Shown piece by piece: positions 9,326 through 19,500 of a stretch of DNA of 64,000 nt (the first letter of the stretch is position 1; each line of letters opens with the position of its first letter). Position numbers and translations under genes: made by a program. The notes beneath the pieces were generated by a model. It was not told where the DNA came from, did no database searches, and saw only the letters and a list, made by a program, of their open reading frames with translations. Source of the DNA: Amoebophrya sp. A120 (taxonomy: Eukaryota > Protista > Dinoflagellata); assembly GCA_905178155.1 (NCBI GenBank), contig CAJINV010000002.1:8877412-8941411 (forward strand). Direction: 5' to 3'.

Positions 9326-12300
9326 CTAGCAACAGCCTTTTTTCTTGCGCGTCGCGGTTTTCACGGGTTGAAAGTGCGTATACTCCGGTGGGGGATTGAG
9401 CCCGTGAAACAGGAACCCGTCCGGAAAGTCCACGATCTTCTCGGAGACGTAATTCGCCTTCTTGATCAAACTGCTGTCGGGTGCGAGAAAGGGCGTTGGC
9501 AAAATTTTCGAAAGATACTCCTCGTGATCGTCCTCGCGATCCCCCTGAGCGCGGTACTCCCCAGGCTGTGGCGCTGCATCAGCAGCAGCAGGTTTTTTGT
9601 CCGCTCCGCTTGAAGTTTCTTGGGTCGTGTCCCGCCGGAAGGCCGCGAACACGTCAGCGTAGTCCAAACCCAGTAACTGCTCCAGCACGACCGAGGTTCG
9701 CGGAATGCACACGAATTCAAACTTGCGAATGTTCAACTTGTTCTTCGAGCTGCCCGTCGTGGCTCGCTGTTGCTGTTCTTCCGTAGTCCCCTCCGTCTCA
9801 TAATAGAGAAACCGGCGGTCGCTGATCTGCGGTTTACTTGCTGTCTCGCGACAGAGATCTCGTCCCAGTGGTGGCTCTTTAGTGCTCTCGCACAGTATTT
9901 CTTTGCAGCTCAGATTTTCGACTACACGAATTGCTTCGGACGAGCACGTCTTGCTTTTTGCATTGCTCTTGTCGGCCTGGTTGTTGCACAGTGGCGTGTT
10001 CCGCCCTGGAAGCAGTTGCACGGGTCGACTGGGTGGCAGAGCAGACGCTAGTGGCGTGCGGTACGTCGACCTGGTCGTTTTACTGTTCCCCTCGAAAGGA
10101 CCTGAGCCCTGCTCAAGGACTATTTCTTTTGTCTGCAGCATCCCGACGTCCACTTCCACTACTGTTTCAGGTACTGGGACAACGAGCGTGTTTTTGGACG
10201 CTTCCGGTACTGTGGATGCCTCCGCTATCTCGAAAGGCAGCAAATTTTCTTCACTGCTCGCACAGTATTCTACCAATCGCGTGCGCCAGGGACTCTGGTG
10301 GGTGACCTCGTGGAGAAATGGGGACGTGGACGATCTTGTTTGCATTTCGGACGCCGGGGAGCAAATGCTTTCCTCCGAGTTTTCGTCGTCATCGGGAGAT
10401 GATTCCGCGAGCAGAACCGCAGAGACTAGCGGACTCGCGAGGAGGTTTTTGTTGTTGTTACCGCGGCTAGCAAGGACCTTCCTCGTCTGATCCACTGGCA
10501 CTTTGTGCGCAGGCCCAGCCAAGCGTCGTTTCTTGTTGCGGTACGCAGAAAGCACCTTGTAGAATATGGCGCAGTCTTCATCTTCCTCCTCTGCAGTGAG
10601 CTTTTCGTGAAGGTAGGTTGCAAACGGAGAGGAAGCGGCAAGCCGCCCCAGTAGGGCTGCATTGCTATCGTTCATCTCGTCGGGGCTTTTTCTCGAGACG
10701 ACAATGCTCGCCACAATTTGCGTTAGCGACGGCTCCATCATACTGTGTTCGCCTTCAAAGTCGGACGCGCCGGGCACGGCAGGCGCCTCTACTTCCTCAG
10801 CACCACTCGCCTGTGACGCTGCGAGTCCCGCGTCCGATGCACCGTCAGCGGGGTTCTCTTCTATTTCTTCTGCCGCGTCGGCCTGCCCCGGCTGCCCGGG
10901 TTCCTGGCCCTGGTCCGCCAATTCGACGTCGGAAGCGCCCTGCTCTTCGTGATCAGAAACCCCGCCCGTCAACAGATTGTCATCGCCACTTTCATCACCC
11001 GCTACCTGAGGACCAACAACTCCTGGAACTGCTAGTGAAGACTCGGTTGCATTTTGTTCAACTTTTTGACTAGTACTATCGATTCCGATCACAACCTTTG
11101 AGAGATCATTGGTTGAGCGATCTCCAACCGCCGACTGTTCGCCTTCGGCCGCGTTCTTCTTCGTTCCGCGTGAGGCGCTCTTGCGCATGTCCTGAATGGC
11201 ATTCAGGTGGTCTTCCGGAAAGCAAAATTCGTATTTTCGACCCAGCGTGGGCGGCACACTCACTTTTCCGGCGAGTAATTGGGAGGAGACACGGCCCCGC
11301 ATCTCGGTGTGCTCGTCCGGTCGTTTCCGCGCGTAGCGGTCCGCCGACTCGCGGTCTTCGAAAGTCAGAAACTGCAGCTGGTAGTCGGCGGCCCGGAACC
11401 TGGACACGTCCGTTGCAAGTTTCAACACTTCAAACGCGACCCGGCGCTTCGGGACGCAGGTGTGAAACTGCAGCACCACCACCGTGTCAGCGCTCGCCGC
11501 CGGCTTTTTTGTGGAGGTTGCAGCAGTACTAGTAGCCGACGCGGAGAAACGCAGCAGATTCACCTCACACCTCTCGCCTTCCGCCTGCAGCTGCGACAGG
11601 TCCAAGATGGCAAACCGATGCACCTTCTCCGGGACCATGGCGTGCAGGCTGACGAGCTCGATCAACAGGAAGTTTTTGTGCCCGAACCGGTGCAAGTAGT
11701 GTCGGGACAACTCGAAGCACAGCCGGGCCAGGGCCTGCAGGTAGTACCGCCAATACAGGAGGCGGCTCTCCCGGTCTTCCGCCCCGAGGCTGTTCATCAC
11801 GTCGACGGTGTTAAATTCGGACCGCCCCCAGTCGAAGATTTTCACGAGAACGCGGATGCCGGCGTCGTCGCGGCGCGGATTGCTAATCACCGGGTCCTCC
11901 AGAATCGCGCGCTCGGAGACGCCCTCCAGGTCGAACCCCAACCCCACACTACTGCCGATCCACTGCTGCGGAGCGGGCAGACGGCGGACCGCCCGGAGCG
12001 TTTCCATCAGTTGTACGAGCAGCCGGCGCAGGACGCGCTCCACATACAATTCGCGGACGTGGGAAGCACGCCACGCCGTTCCGTCCTGCTCCCCGTCCAG
12101 CGGTTCGTACATGCTTTCCTCGTCCGCGGCCTCCTCGTCCGAGGGCCGGTCGGTGTCGTCGAGCGCGTGTTGCGTGCCCGGCACGCGCCGGCGCTTCGTG
12201 GGAAAGAACCCACTGTGCGGGTGATGCATCTGCTCGTCGGTTTCCTCGATGGCGTCCAGCTCCTCCTCCTCGTCGGTGGACAAGAAGTCCTTTTCGTTCG

Positions 12301-13669
12301 CCCCTTGCACAAGTGTTTTGGTTCCGCCGGTTGCCCCTATTTTTCCAAAATTGCCTGCTGTGCTTCCCGGTGGAATGGCGGTGTGCACGCCCTCCGTGGA
12401 AGAGACTGGAGGTTCGACAGCGGCTCCGGACTCTTCAGCATCACGCGCAGATGTGGGAACAACTACAGCACTCGGCGACGAGAGCACGGGAGGTCCTGCA
12501 TCAGCATTTCCTATGCTCTGCTCCGCTCGCTCCGGAGCCGGACTCTCGTCTACTTTGTTCGTCAACAAATCATTCGCTGCAGCCGCCTGTTCTTCTTCCT
12601 GAACCAGCTCCACGTCGCGCGTCTCGAGCAGCAGGTTGAGGAACCCGGCGGCGTCCAGACTTTGGAACAGCATGCGACGGAGGCGCTTCGGCTTGAGTAA
12701 CGCGGTGGTCACGAAGGAGGAGTGCGCCTGCAGGAGGTGCTCGACCTCCGACTGCGGCTCCTGTTCCATGCCCTCCAGGCGGTAGCCCTCGATCGCCGAA
12801 TTAGTGTGCGCGTCCACCATCTGGTTGCGCCACGCGCGGAAGGCGCTCTTGCCCTTCCAGTCCGCGACGGCGGTCTGCTTACCCAACTTCACGTCCATGA
12901 ACCGCAACTTGTGGAACTGCGAAAACATGTTCTCCAGCATCAGCACTGGGAGTTCGGGGTCGTTATTTCCAGGAGTGGACCGTCCACCCTTCACTGCGGT
13001 CGGAAGCCGCAGCAGGCCGGGACAGGAGAGAAACGCGCGGTGCAAAAACTCCGACGTGCGTAGGTGGTCGCCGGCGGTGCCGCGGCGCTTCTGGGGGTCC
13101 AGGAGGAAACTCCGTAGCGCATCGTAAAAGTCCACCTCATCCATCGCGTGCAAGGCGTTTTTTGCGATCCAGAAGTTGGCGCTTGAAACCGATGTCGGTG
13201 GGTCGCGATACCGAACGAAGTAAAAGGGAGCGGTGCCCCCACTTACCGTCACGGGCTGCAGCGGCAAGGCCAGCTCCTCACCTGTGACGGCGCCAGGCCG
13301 CCACCGCGCAAACAGGTCCGGGCCCTCATCCGTCTCGGCCTCCTCCGAAATTTGCTCCTTCGTCCAGTTTCCGGTGGCAGCGACCAGCAGCGCCTGCCCA
13401 GCCGTGGTGGCCACCTCCATGGATCTCCGACCCACACGCAGCGCCGCATCTGCGGTTTTCCGGGCTGCAGATGCCAACCGCCCATCAATCCGCGTCGAAG
13501 ATGCTTTTCTGTTGTAGGTCCGCGGAGGCTTCGCCGTCTTCTTCTTGGTTGCAGTGCCAGCAGCTGCGCCAGCCGAAACCCCGTCTGCTGATGCGGAGGT
13601 CCCACCAGGCTTTGCTGCACTGCCGTCAGCCGCGGCAGCCTGCCTCGCTGCTCCTACATTCGCGGCCAT
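9326..13669 (-). CDS. Inositol polyphosphate kinase (IPK/IPMK/IP6K family) domain protein with long low-complexity extensions
   Basis: LMLENM...RFMDVKLG (the [LV][LA]DLK.G inositol-binding motif), GYRLEG, WIGSSVGLGFD (SSLL-like) and VKIFDWGRS (IDFA-like). First ATG at 13669. Ends RKKKGCC-stop. Confidence 0.85.
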   Translation of the reverse strand: MAANVGAARQAAAADGSAAKPGGTSASADGVSAGAAAGTATKKKTAKPPRTYNRKASSTRIDGRLASAARKTADAALRVGRRSMEVATTAGQALLVAATGNWTKEQISEEAETDEGPDLFARWRPGAVTGEELALPLQPVTVSGGTAPFYFVRYRDPPTSVSSANFWIAKNALHAMDEVDFYDALRSFLLDPQKRRGTAGDHLRTSEFLHRAFLSCPGLLRLPTAVKGGRSTPGNNDPELPVLMLENMFSQFHKLRFMDVKLGKQTAVADWKGKSAFRAWRNQMVDAHTNSAIEGYRLEGMEQEPQSEVEHLLQAHSSFVTTALLKPKRLRRMLFQSLDAAGFLNLLLETRDVELVQEEEQAAAANDLLTNKVDESPAPERAEQSIGNADAGPPVLSSPSAVVVPTSARDAEESGAAVEPPVSSTEGVHTAIPPGSTAGNFGKIGATGGTKTLVQGANEKDFLSTDEEEELDAIEETDEQMHHPHSGFFPTKRRRVPGTQHALDDTDRPSDEEAADEESMYEPLDGEQDGTAWRASHVRELYVERVLRRLLVQLMETLRAVRRLPAPQQWIGSSVGLGFDLEGVSERAILEDPVISNPRRDDAGIRVLVKIFDWGRSEFNTVDVMNSLGAEDRESRLLYWRYYLQALARLCFELSRHYLHRFGHKNFLLIELVSLHAMVPEKVHRFAILDLSQLQAEGERCEVNLLRFSASATSTAATSTKKPAASADTVVVLQFHTCVPKRRVAFEVLKLATDVSRFRAADYQLQFLTFEDRESADRYARKRPDEHTEMRGRVSSQLLAGKVSVPPTLGRKYEFCFPEDHLNAIQDMRKSASRGTKKNAAEGEQSAVGDRSTNDLSKVVIGIDSTSQKVEQNATESSLAVPGVVGPQVAGDESGDDNLLTGGVSDHEEQGASDVELADQGQEPGQPGQADAAEEIEENPADGASDAGLAASQASGAEEVEAPAVPGASDFEGEHSMMEPSLTQIVASIVVSRKSPDEMNDSNAALLGRLAASSPFATYLHEKLTAEEEDEDCAIFYKVLSAYRNKKRRLAGPAHKVPVDQTRKVLASRGNNNKNLLASPLVSAVLLAESSPDDDENSEESICSPASEMQTRSSTSPFLHEVTHQSPWRTRLVEYCASSEENLLPFEIAEASTVPEASKNTLVVPVPETVVEVDVGMLQTKEIVLEQGSGPFEGNSKTTRSTYRTPLASALPPSRPVQLLPGRNTPLCNNQADKSNAKSKTCSSEAIRVVENLSCKEILCESTKEPPLGRDLCRETASKPQISDRRFLYYETEGTTEEQQQRATTGSSKNKLNIRKFEFVCIPRTSVVLEQLLGLDYADVFAAFRRDTTQETSSGADKKPAAADAAPQPGEYRAQGDREDDHEEYLSKILPTPFLAPDSSLIKKANYVSEKIVDFPDGFLFHGLNPPPEYTHFQPVKTATRKKKGCC

Positions 13670-14365
13670 TGGTCTCTCAGTAAACAACTCATCCGCGAAG
13701 TGGGAGAGGCGATGAAAGAAAAGCCTACTCGATCATCATCATGAATGTTCGTTGCGCTGTCGACAGGAGAAGACAAAGAACAAGAGTAAAGTCGCCTTCA
13801 CGACAATGATGGTGCACTAGCTACTTCAGGGCCTTCAACAAGAAGACCTGCCACGACGAGGACGACGACCCCACCCCCAACATTCTGACGTACTCACAGC
13901 CACGATGACGAAATGGACAAGAGAGTAAGTAAACGACCCTGCACGAACGACAATAGGCCACGTTTCCTTTTTCTTTAGAAGTGACAACACTATCGAAGTC
14001 AACGACGTTGAAAACGGAGCCTCCCTGCTCCTACGGAGTAGTAGAGTACGATCCAATGAAGAAAGACAGACACAATGCGTTTTTGACAGGTGAACAGGCT
14101 CCCGTGGTAGACGGAACCTGCATACTTATTATTGCAGAATAAGGCCAAGTGTACTTGAAGCAGAGTTGCGTGCTGTCATTCACAGACTCGGGAAGTGCTC
14201 TTCGAATTCGGCCTGTGCGCCTCGTCTCCCAACAACGCGCACAGTGCTCGATGGTTGCTACATGCATCGAGCAGCATGCTGAGAAAGACACGGTTAAAGC
14301 ACAACACATGAGTCAGAAAGCCAAAGCATTCTCACTACTTCTCCACAAGGAATAAAAAGTGAATT

Positions 14366-15808
14366 TCAAAAATCCGGCTCCGCAGTGCCCACACCCCGCC
14401 TCGCCCCTGCGTCCGACCCCCGGTTCAAATCTCTTGTCACCTGACCGCGCCGCTTGTTCTCCCCCCTAACCGGCACGAGATGATTCCGCACGTAGCCGTT
14501 TTTGCTGACTGCCAACGCGTCCCGGGTCCGGTTCCGCTTCGACCACTGCCGCACCTGCTTCCCGTCGGAATACACCATGTTGCGGTGCAGCACCGACAAG
14601 AGTTCATCCTCACCCCAGCAGTCATTCCGATACGCCAGTTTCGAGTTCTTGTTCGCCACGCCGGGCCAGAGATTCAGAAACGCCGTCACCCGGTGCACCT
14701 CCACGGCCTCCGGACAGGGTAGATGGGGGCCGAGCCGCGCAATGTCCCGGACCTCCCCGAGGATGCGACGGGCGAGCTCCACCATCAGGGTCCACCCGGC
14801 GTTGGCGAAACTGGCGTCAACCCCCTCTAGTGCAGCGGGATCATTATCGTCGGCATGAAGGCTATTGTTGATATTCGCGTTCGGGTTGTTCATGACGTAT
14901 TTCCGATTCGACACCGCGGCTTTCCGCCGTTCGTACCCCCGGTGTTTTTCCGGGATCGGGTTTGTTTCGTTGGGTTCGCGGTAGCTCCGCTCGTCCGCCG
15001 TGGGCGAGAAGGACAACTGCAGCTGTACTCGGTGCCCTTCGTGCAAGAAGGAACGGACCTGCTTCAGTTTCCGGGCGAAAGGCGGCGGGGCGATCACCGC
15101 GGAAAACCGCATGCCCTTGACTTTCAACGACGGATCGAAACGGAACCCGTCGACCTCCTGGAGTCTGCCCCCCTTCCGCAGCGACTGCGTCTCGTTCTCC
15201 TTCCGCTTCGCCTCCAGGTACTCCGCCAAGTCCTGGAGTTTCGCCAGCGGGGGGTCCGAGTCCGCGTCCAGCAGCACCAAGTCCGTGTTTTGCAGGTTGG
15301 CGAGCTGGATGGCGTGCTCCTTCTCGTAGTCCCCGAGCAGCTCCCCGTCTTTGGACACCACGCGGACCACGTGGTGCCAAATGTCACCGTTGGCGATCCA
15401 ATCTTGATGGTTGTCGAGAGTACCGGGTAGAATGGCGCCCGTTCCGAAGGCGCGCTGCGAAGATAGGTTGGTGAACATCATGTTGATGTGCACCGGTGAT
15501 GCGCCAATTGAGAGGTTTGTCCGCGTTGCACCCCGACGCGGAGGAAGAAAGACGCTTGTTCCTGTTTTCCAGCTGCAAGCCGGCCGGGTTTTGACGGGTA
15601 AACGAGGCCTCTCGGGTAGTTCTTCTTTTCTGAAGATTGGGATCGTGTTTATGAGCTGACCTTGACCGGCTGCATTCTTCGTGCACTCGACGCTCGTTCC
15701 GTTCGGCCAAGTCAACCTGGAGCAAGCGAACGTGCTTGTGGTCGTGGTTCTGGTGCCCTTGTAAATGAAACGCTCCCATTTCAGCGGCGTAGTATTTGAA
15801 GCCCGCAT
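14366..15808 (-). CDS. infC: Bacterial/organellar-type translation initiation factor IF-3
   Basis: IF3-N: NGDIWHHVVRVVSKDGELLG...AIQLANLQNTDLVLLDADSDPPLAKLQD. IF3-C: KVKGMRFSAVI...KLKQVRSFLHEGHRVQL. The true start may be a downstream ATG (15481). Confidence 0.8.
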   Translation of the reverse strand: MRASNTTPLKWERFIYKGTRTTTTSTFACSRLTWPNGTSVECTKNAAGQGQLINTIPIFRKEELPERPRLPVKTRPACSWKTGTSVFLPPRRGATRTNLSIGASPVHINMMFTNLSSQRAFGTGAILPGTLDNHQDWIANGDIWHHVVRVVSKDGELLGDYEKEHAIQLANLQNTDLVLLDADSDPPLAKLQDLAEYLEAKRKENETQSLRKGGRLQEVDGFRFDPSLKVKGMRFSAVIAPPPFARKLKQVRSFLHEGHRVQLQLSFSPTADERSYREPNETNPIPEKHRGYERRKAAVSNRKYVMNNPNANINNSLHADDNDPAALEGVDASFANAGWTLMVELARRILGEVRDIARLGPHLPCPEAVEVHRVTAFLNLWPGVANKNSKLAYRNDCWGEDELLSVLHRNMVYSDGKQVRQWSKRNRTRDALAVSKNGYVRNHLVPVRGENKRRGQVTRDLNRGSDAGARRGVGTAEPDF

Positions 15809-16583
15809 AAGAAGTAAGTACCTCTAGGTCGCGCTGTGTCTGTAAGGAAACGCTCCATTAGTTGATCCTGTAACAGCACGACGACGAGGAATGCATTTTT
15901 CTACACAACTTGTCATGGAATTGTCGAAAGAAGATGATGATACCGAGATCTACACTTTTGCGTTCGCCATTTCCACCGCGTCGTGACGAACCGAGCCACT
16001 GTTTGGGCGGAGGTCGTAATATGAAAAGAGAAACACAATCCGCCACTGACGAACGGATAGTCAGCCGTGCAAGCCGGAGCCGATGCTCCACAAACAGAAG
16101 AAGATGAAGAAGCAGAACGTAGTGCATCTACAATTTCAATTTCGAATGTCTTAGTGCGGGTTCACCCAAAATTTACTCACATTATCCTGTTCTTTTTCTT
16201 CATTGGCCTTCGTTTCTTGACACGTAATTTATTATTATGCTCAGGCTGAAAAGGAGAAGTTAAACGGCGCAAAAGGCCGTGCATCAAAACGAACTTGAAA
16301 CAATGAGTGTCGTGTTGTGTGTGAAAACGGGGATTAGGTGACTGATACGAGTGTTGTACTGACACTGAGCCGATGAAAAATGTTTTTGAAAAAAACTCTC
16401 GAATAATGTACTACTGTAATGTGGCCTTGTACTTCATGTCATGGAAGTTGTTCTATCTTCTTCTCAAATGTTGTAGAACGCTAAAGTTAGGTCTTGGTAG
16501 GATATGTTACCCATCATAAATCAAAAAAAAAAAAACCTACGAAAAAAACGACCACTTTCATCTCAACAGCAACTTCCTAAAAA

Positions 16584-19500
16584 TCATACTCCTCCTCCCT
16601 TCATCCGGGAGGGTGAATCTCGAATGTGCTGCGCGAACTGCGCTGCCACGTTACCATAGGCGCCTCCCTCCCGCTCCATTTGCCCAAAAGCGTCTTTGTC
16701 CTTCCCGCCCCTTCCTCCTGCTTTCCAGTCGGGCATGATCCCCCCCTGGTCCTCGTATCCGCCCCACCCTTCGTGGACCTCCTTCGCCTGGTCGTGAAAG
16801 TCCTGCTCGTCTTGCTCCCACTGGTCACGCTTCCCCTTCTTCTGAATCACCGCAACGCACAGCACGATGGACAGCAGCCCCAGCACCCCCAGCGGTAAGG
16901 CAATGCACACCCACATCGGACACCCGGCGAGGTTGCCCGAGGCCGGCGGCGCAACCGGCCCCGTGCCCGGGGCCGCGTCCGCCACCGCCTGGCCGCCCGG
17001 AACGCTCAACCCCCGGGCCTCGTCCATCAGCCGCCGGTACTCCGTGCTCATCGCTGGCACCGAGGCGATAGTGCTCCGAAATTTCGCCAACCGTGCGCAC
17101 AGTTGCGGGACACTGAGCAGTTTTGAGTGGACAATGATGGTTTATGATTTCAACAGTACTTCGTTCCTTTCTCGCTTAACCTTTTTTAGCAAGATAAACA
17201 TTCCATGAGTACTACCGTCCGAAACACAGCATTTATGAAATCCTAAAACAAACCTATTGGGACAGAAAGTCAAACAATTAGCACCTAGAGCCCGCAGGAT
17301 GTTGCTATTAATTTCCTTTATTCAAAAAAAGACTTTATCAATAAATACACGCTGAATTTCGCCACTGTCGTTTTCAGCAAGTCGGAATTCGACAAGCACT
17401 GCTCGCCCTCGAGTCTGCAGCACGGGATCAGGTCCTGCGTCGGCGACACTGCGGCGGGGATGGTCCGGCGCACCGATCCGTGCGCGTAGTCAAAATTTTG
17501 CACCACGTATCCAAGAAAAAAACACCATCACAATCACATTTGGGAGGTTTTGCATCAGAAATTTGTCTCGCATGACAAATTTTTCTTGTATTGCAAAAAC
17601 ACAAAGGGAAATCGCCCATAGCTCTTGACTGTGATGCATTTTTGCGCATGACAAAAAATTTTGTATTGCAAAATTGTGCAAAAGTGATTGTGATGGTGTT
17701 TTTTTCTTGAATACCACGTCGCGAACGGGCAAACAGTCGTGGGCCCCCTCGTGGGCCTCCAGCTCGCAGATCTGCGACACGATGCCGTCCACGCGGGCGA
17801 ATTCCCCGTCCACAACTTGCGTGTTTTGTGTCGTGGTGGGCACCGCGTGCGTGGCTTCGTCCGATTTCCGGCGCGCCTGTCGCTTTCCCGTCTTCAACAC
17901 TTCGACGGCGGATGAGGAAGAAGCAGAAGGCTCGTCAATCGCAGTCGTGCTGTTTTTTGCCGCACTAGCCGCGCTTTCCAGATTTGTTGACGCGTCTGCT
18001 TTCGAAGAAGTGGCCGCTGCGTTCTTTTCCTTCTTCTTTTTCTTTCTCTCGCCTGTGTCCAAGTGGGTCGCTTTCACAACCTTCTGGACGAAGCTGCTCA
18101 GTGTTTCCTTGCCCTCGCCAAAAAATCGGTCGTACAGATGAGCTCCGGCGTGCTCGAAAAACCGCGTGGCCACCCCTTTCTTGCCGTCCCGCGGTGCCAT
18201 AAACATGGTCTTCTTCTGGTACTCGTGCCGCTCTTTCACCGTGTCAGGATGTTCCTCCGAGTCCGATTCCTCCTCCACCAAGTCACCTTTTGCGTCCAGA
18301 TGCAGGTGCTGCTGCTTCCTCGCGTGGTGGCCGTGTGCCTGTCTGGACTGGTCTAACTCCAAGTAGGACACTTCTGCGGCCGGTGTTTTGGCACTGGCGG
18401 GTCCTGCTGGTTCCGGCTTCGCATTCCCATCCGTGGCTGCCGGCGTGGAACTGAACGTTTCGGTGGTGGGAGCGGGGGTCGACGCAGATGAAGATGATCC
18501 GTCCTGCAATAAGGACTTGTCGTTTCCAGAACCAGCACCACTTGCTCGCGTAGTGGAACTCGCACTTCCGCTTTCTTCTGCCGTCGAGTCTTGCAGAAAG
18601 GAGGGGGAAGGCGACGTGGAAACGGATGGAGTCGTAGTACCGCTTTCCGTAAGCATTTCGGGCTTTTCCTGCAACGAAGGGGACTCCGTGACGGTAGGGG
18701 TGACAGTGCTGACGGGAACACCCGATGCAGCAGCGCCCTCTGAGTTCGAAAATCCTGCTGGGGGGCTTGCAGTAGTGGTCGCAACCGCCTCTGGGTCTTC
18801 TTGCAGGAAGGAAGGCGAGGTAGCCGGCGGGGAGGTTGTAATAGCAGTAGAAGGTGTTGCCGTAGTGCTGACTGGCGCGTCTTGCAGGACCGAAGGTGCG
18901 GTTGTTGTACCTGCCGGCGTTGTGACCGAACTTTCTGTTGTGGTTCCAGGTGCCTCTTGGAGGAAGGAAGGCGGCGTCGTGGTCCCTTTTGTCGAAGATG
19001 TAGTTGCATTGGTTGCATTGGAGTTTTCTGAAGACATCGTCGGAGACGGCACGATCACGGGAGGAGTCGCGGTGCTCTTGCTTCCCTCCACGGATGAACT
19101 TTCCGACGGTGCAGCCGCTTCCAGAAAAGATGGCGCGGTGGTGCTCGCCGAACTTGACGAGGGGCTGGGTGCCGGTGCTTCGGCTTGCAGCTTTTCGTTG
19201 TTTTCAGGAATGGTCTTGCCTCGCTCCTGTTCGGTGAACGCTGCAGACGGTTCACTTCCTTCCTCCTGCGCAGCCTGCGGCCGTCCGGCGTTTTGATCGA
19301 TGCTACCTCCGCTTTCCGGTGGCGTGGCCGATGAGGATGGACCACTTTGCGGTTGTGTTTCTACTGCTGGCGCTGCCGTGCTGGAACCTGTTTCGGCACT
19401 CCAGCCATTTTCCTTCTTGCCCTCGTCCCCTGGTCCGGCAGGGGTGTTGCTCTCAGGCTTACCGGCATCTTTCCCTTGGTTGAACGACGTGGCGCTGGTC

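Noticed and set aside
17113-17348. Possible additional non-canonical intron (TCAGCGT/TCAGTGT at the junctions)
   Set aside because: A phase-2 GT-AG solution preserves the frame and there are no TIRs.
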